Assembly: GCA_042852035.1 (NCBI GenBank)
Contig: BAAFHK010000001.1
Coordinates: forward strand, 690,001 to 722,000
DNA: 32,000 nucleotides
From: Candidatus Saccharimonadota bacterium
GTDB lineage: Bacteria > Patescibacteriota > Gracilibacteria > BD1-5 > UBA2023
Reading direction: 5' to 3'
Shown: one piece after another, positions 31,806-32,000 of the stretch
Position numbering within the stretch: the first letter of the stretch is position 1
How the letters are laid out: each line of letters starts with the position of its first letter
Made by a program: the position numbers and the translations under genes
Notes under the pieces: generated by a model
Database searches by the model: none
What the model was told of the DNA's origin: nothing
Seen by the model: the letters and a program-made list of their open reading frames with translations, nothing else

Positions 31806-32000
31806 ATGAGTGAACAAAATAATCAAAATAATAAGAAGGAAGATTCATGACAAGCACCTTCTCTTCTTGCTAGTATAATAAAAGCATCTGCTGAAAGAGC
31901 TGGAACTACCATTCAGTCAGATTCTCAGCCTAAGCCTGAATCAGATACTCAAAAATCAGCAACTCTTTCAAAGAAAATACCACGAGAACCGATTTCCATA
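31806..32000 (+). CDS. Hypothetical protein, N-terminal fragment (gene continues past the right edge)
   Basis: ATG 31806, open to the window end (65 codons, one TGA). The sequence is low-complexity: MSEQNNQNNKKEDSGQAPSLLASIIKASAERAGTTIQSDSQPKPESD... There is no recognisable domain in the visible part. Confidence 0.45.

Noticed and set aside
1-32000. Alternative explanations for the fragmented ORFs: a pseudogene-rich or frameshifted assembly, or UGA=Trp (code 4, Mycoplasma-like).
   Set aside because: The pieces of each gene stay in one frame, so no frameshifts are needed. Interruptions are exclusively TGA, never TAA or TAG. TGA aligns with invariant Gly positions (HLGH, WWGH, GGGD, GGMSFHGG), while Trp is encoded by TGG next to them.
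1-32000. Search for tRNA/rRNA/ncRNA genes, CRISPR arrays, transposases, integrases, phage genes, and toxin-antitoxin or defence systems.
   Set aside because: The intergenic spaces are short (mostly under 100 nt; the largest are 11349-11563 and 16269-16505) and AT-rich, without cloverleaf-capable GC stems. No ORF showed transposase, integrase, nuclease or NTPase motifs that I could recognise. The tail-fibre-like motifs belong to a cellular signal-peptide-bearing giant protein and are not part of a prophage.

Overview
This window only makes sense if UGA is read as glycine (translation table 25, used by Gracilibacteria and Absconditabacteria/SR1). The supplied standard-code ORF track therefore breaks almost every gene into fragments and also reports many off-frame or antisense artefacts. 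I re-read both strands by eye with TGA=Gly and only TAA/TAG as stops. That gives a compact, low-GC, CPR-type locus with 19 protein genes and no rRNA, tRNA, CRISPR or mobile element that I could see.

Gene order:
- (-) Giant fibre/adhesin-like surface protein, more than 2,360 aa, running off the left edge.
- (-) Its upstream secreted partner, carrying GW-type motifs.
- (+) lgt.
- (-) LemA-like protein.
- (+) Polyprenyl-phosphate sugar transferase.
- (+) valS, preceded by a candidate Val-codon leader-peptide attenuator.
- (-) M23 peptidase with a glucosaminidase-like C-terminal domain.
- (+) Operon: small CPR-type protein, PP2C-like/TM/propeller-like membrane protein, recO, prepilin peptidase pilD.
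- (+) Conserved hypothetical, FecR-like/Ig-like membrane protein, type IV pseudopilin.
- (+) M23 peptidase with three SLH-like repeats, orphan solute-binding protein, VirB2/T4SS-pilin-like small protein, and a 1,691-aa multi-PKD surface protein whose tail carries four P[DE]WLK motifs.
- (+) A 5' gene fragment at the right edge.

The most interesting items are the recoding itself, the two giant surface proteins with their small partners (a likely host/prey-contact apparatus of an episymbiont), the valS attenuator, and leaderless, SD-free start geometry. All domain calls come from motif recognition by eye. No database search was run.
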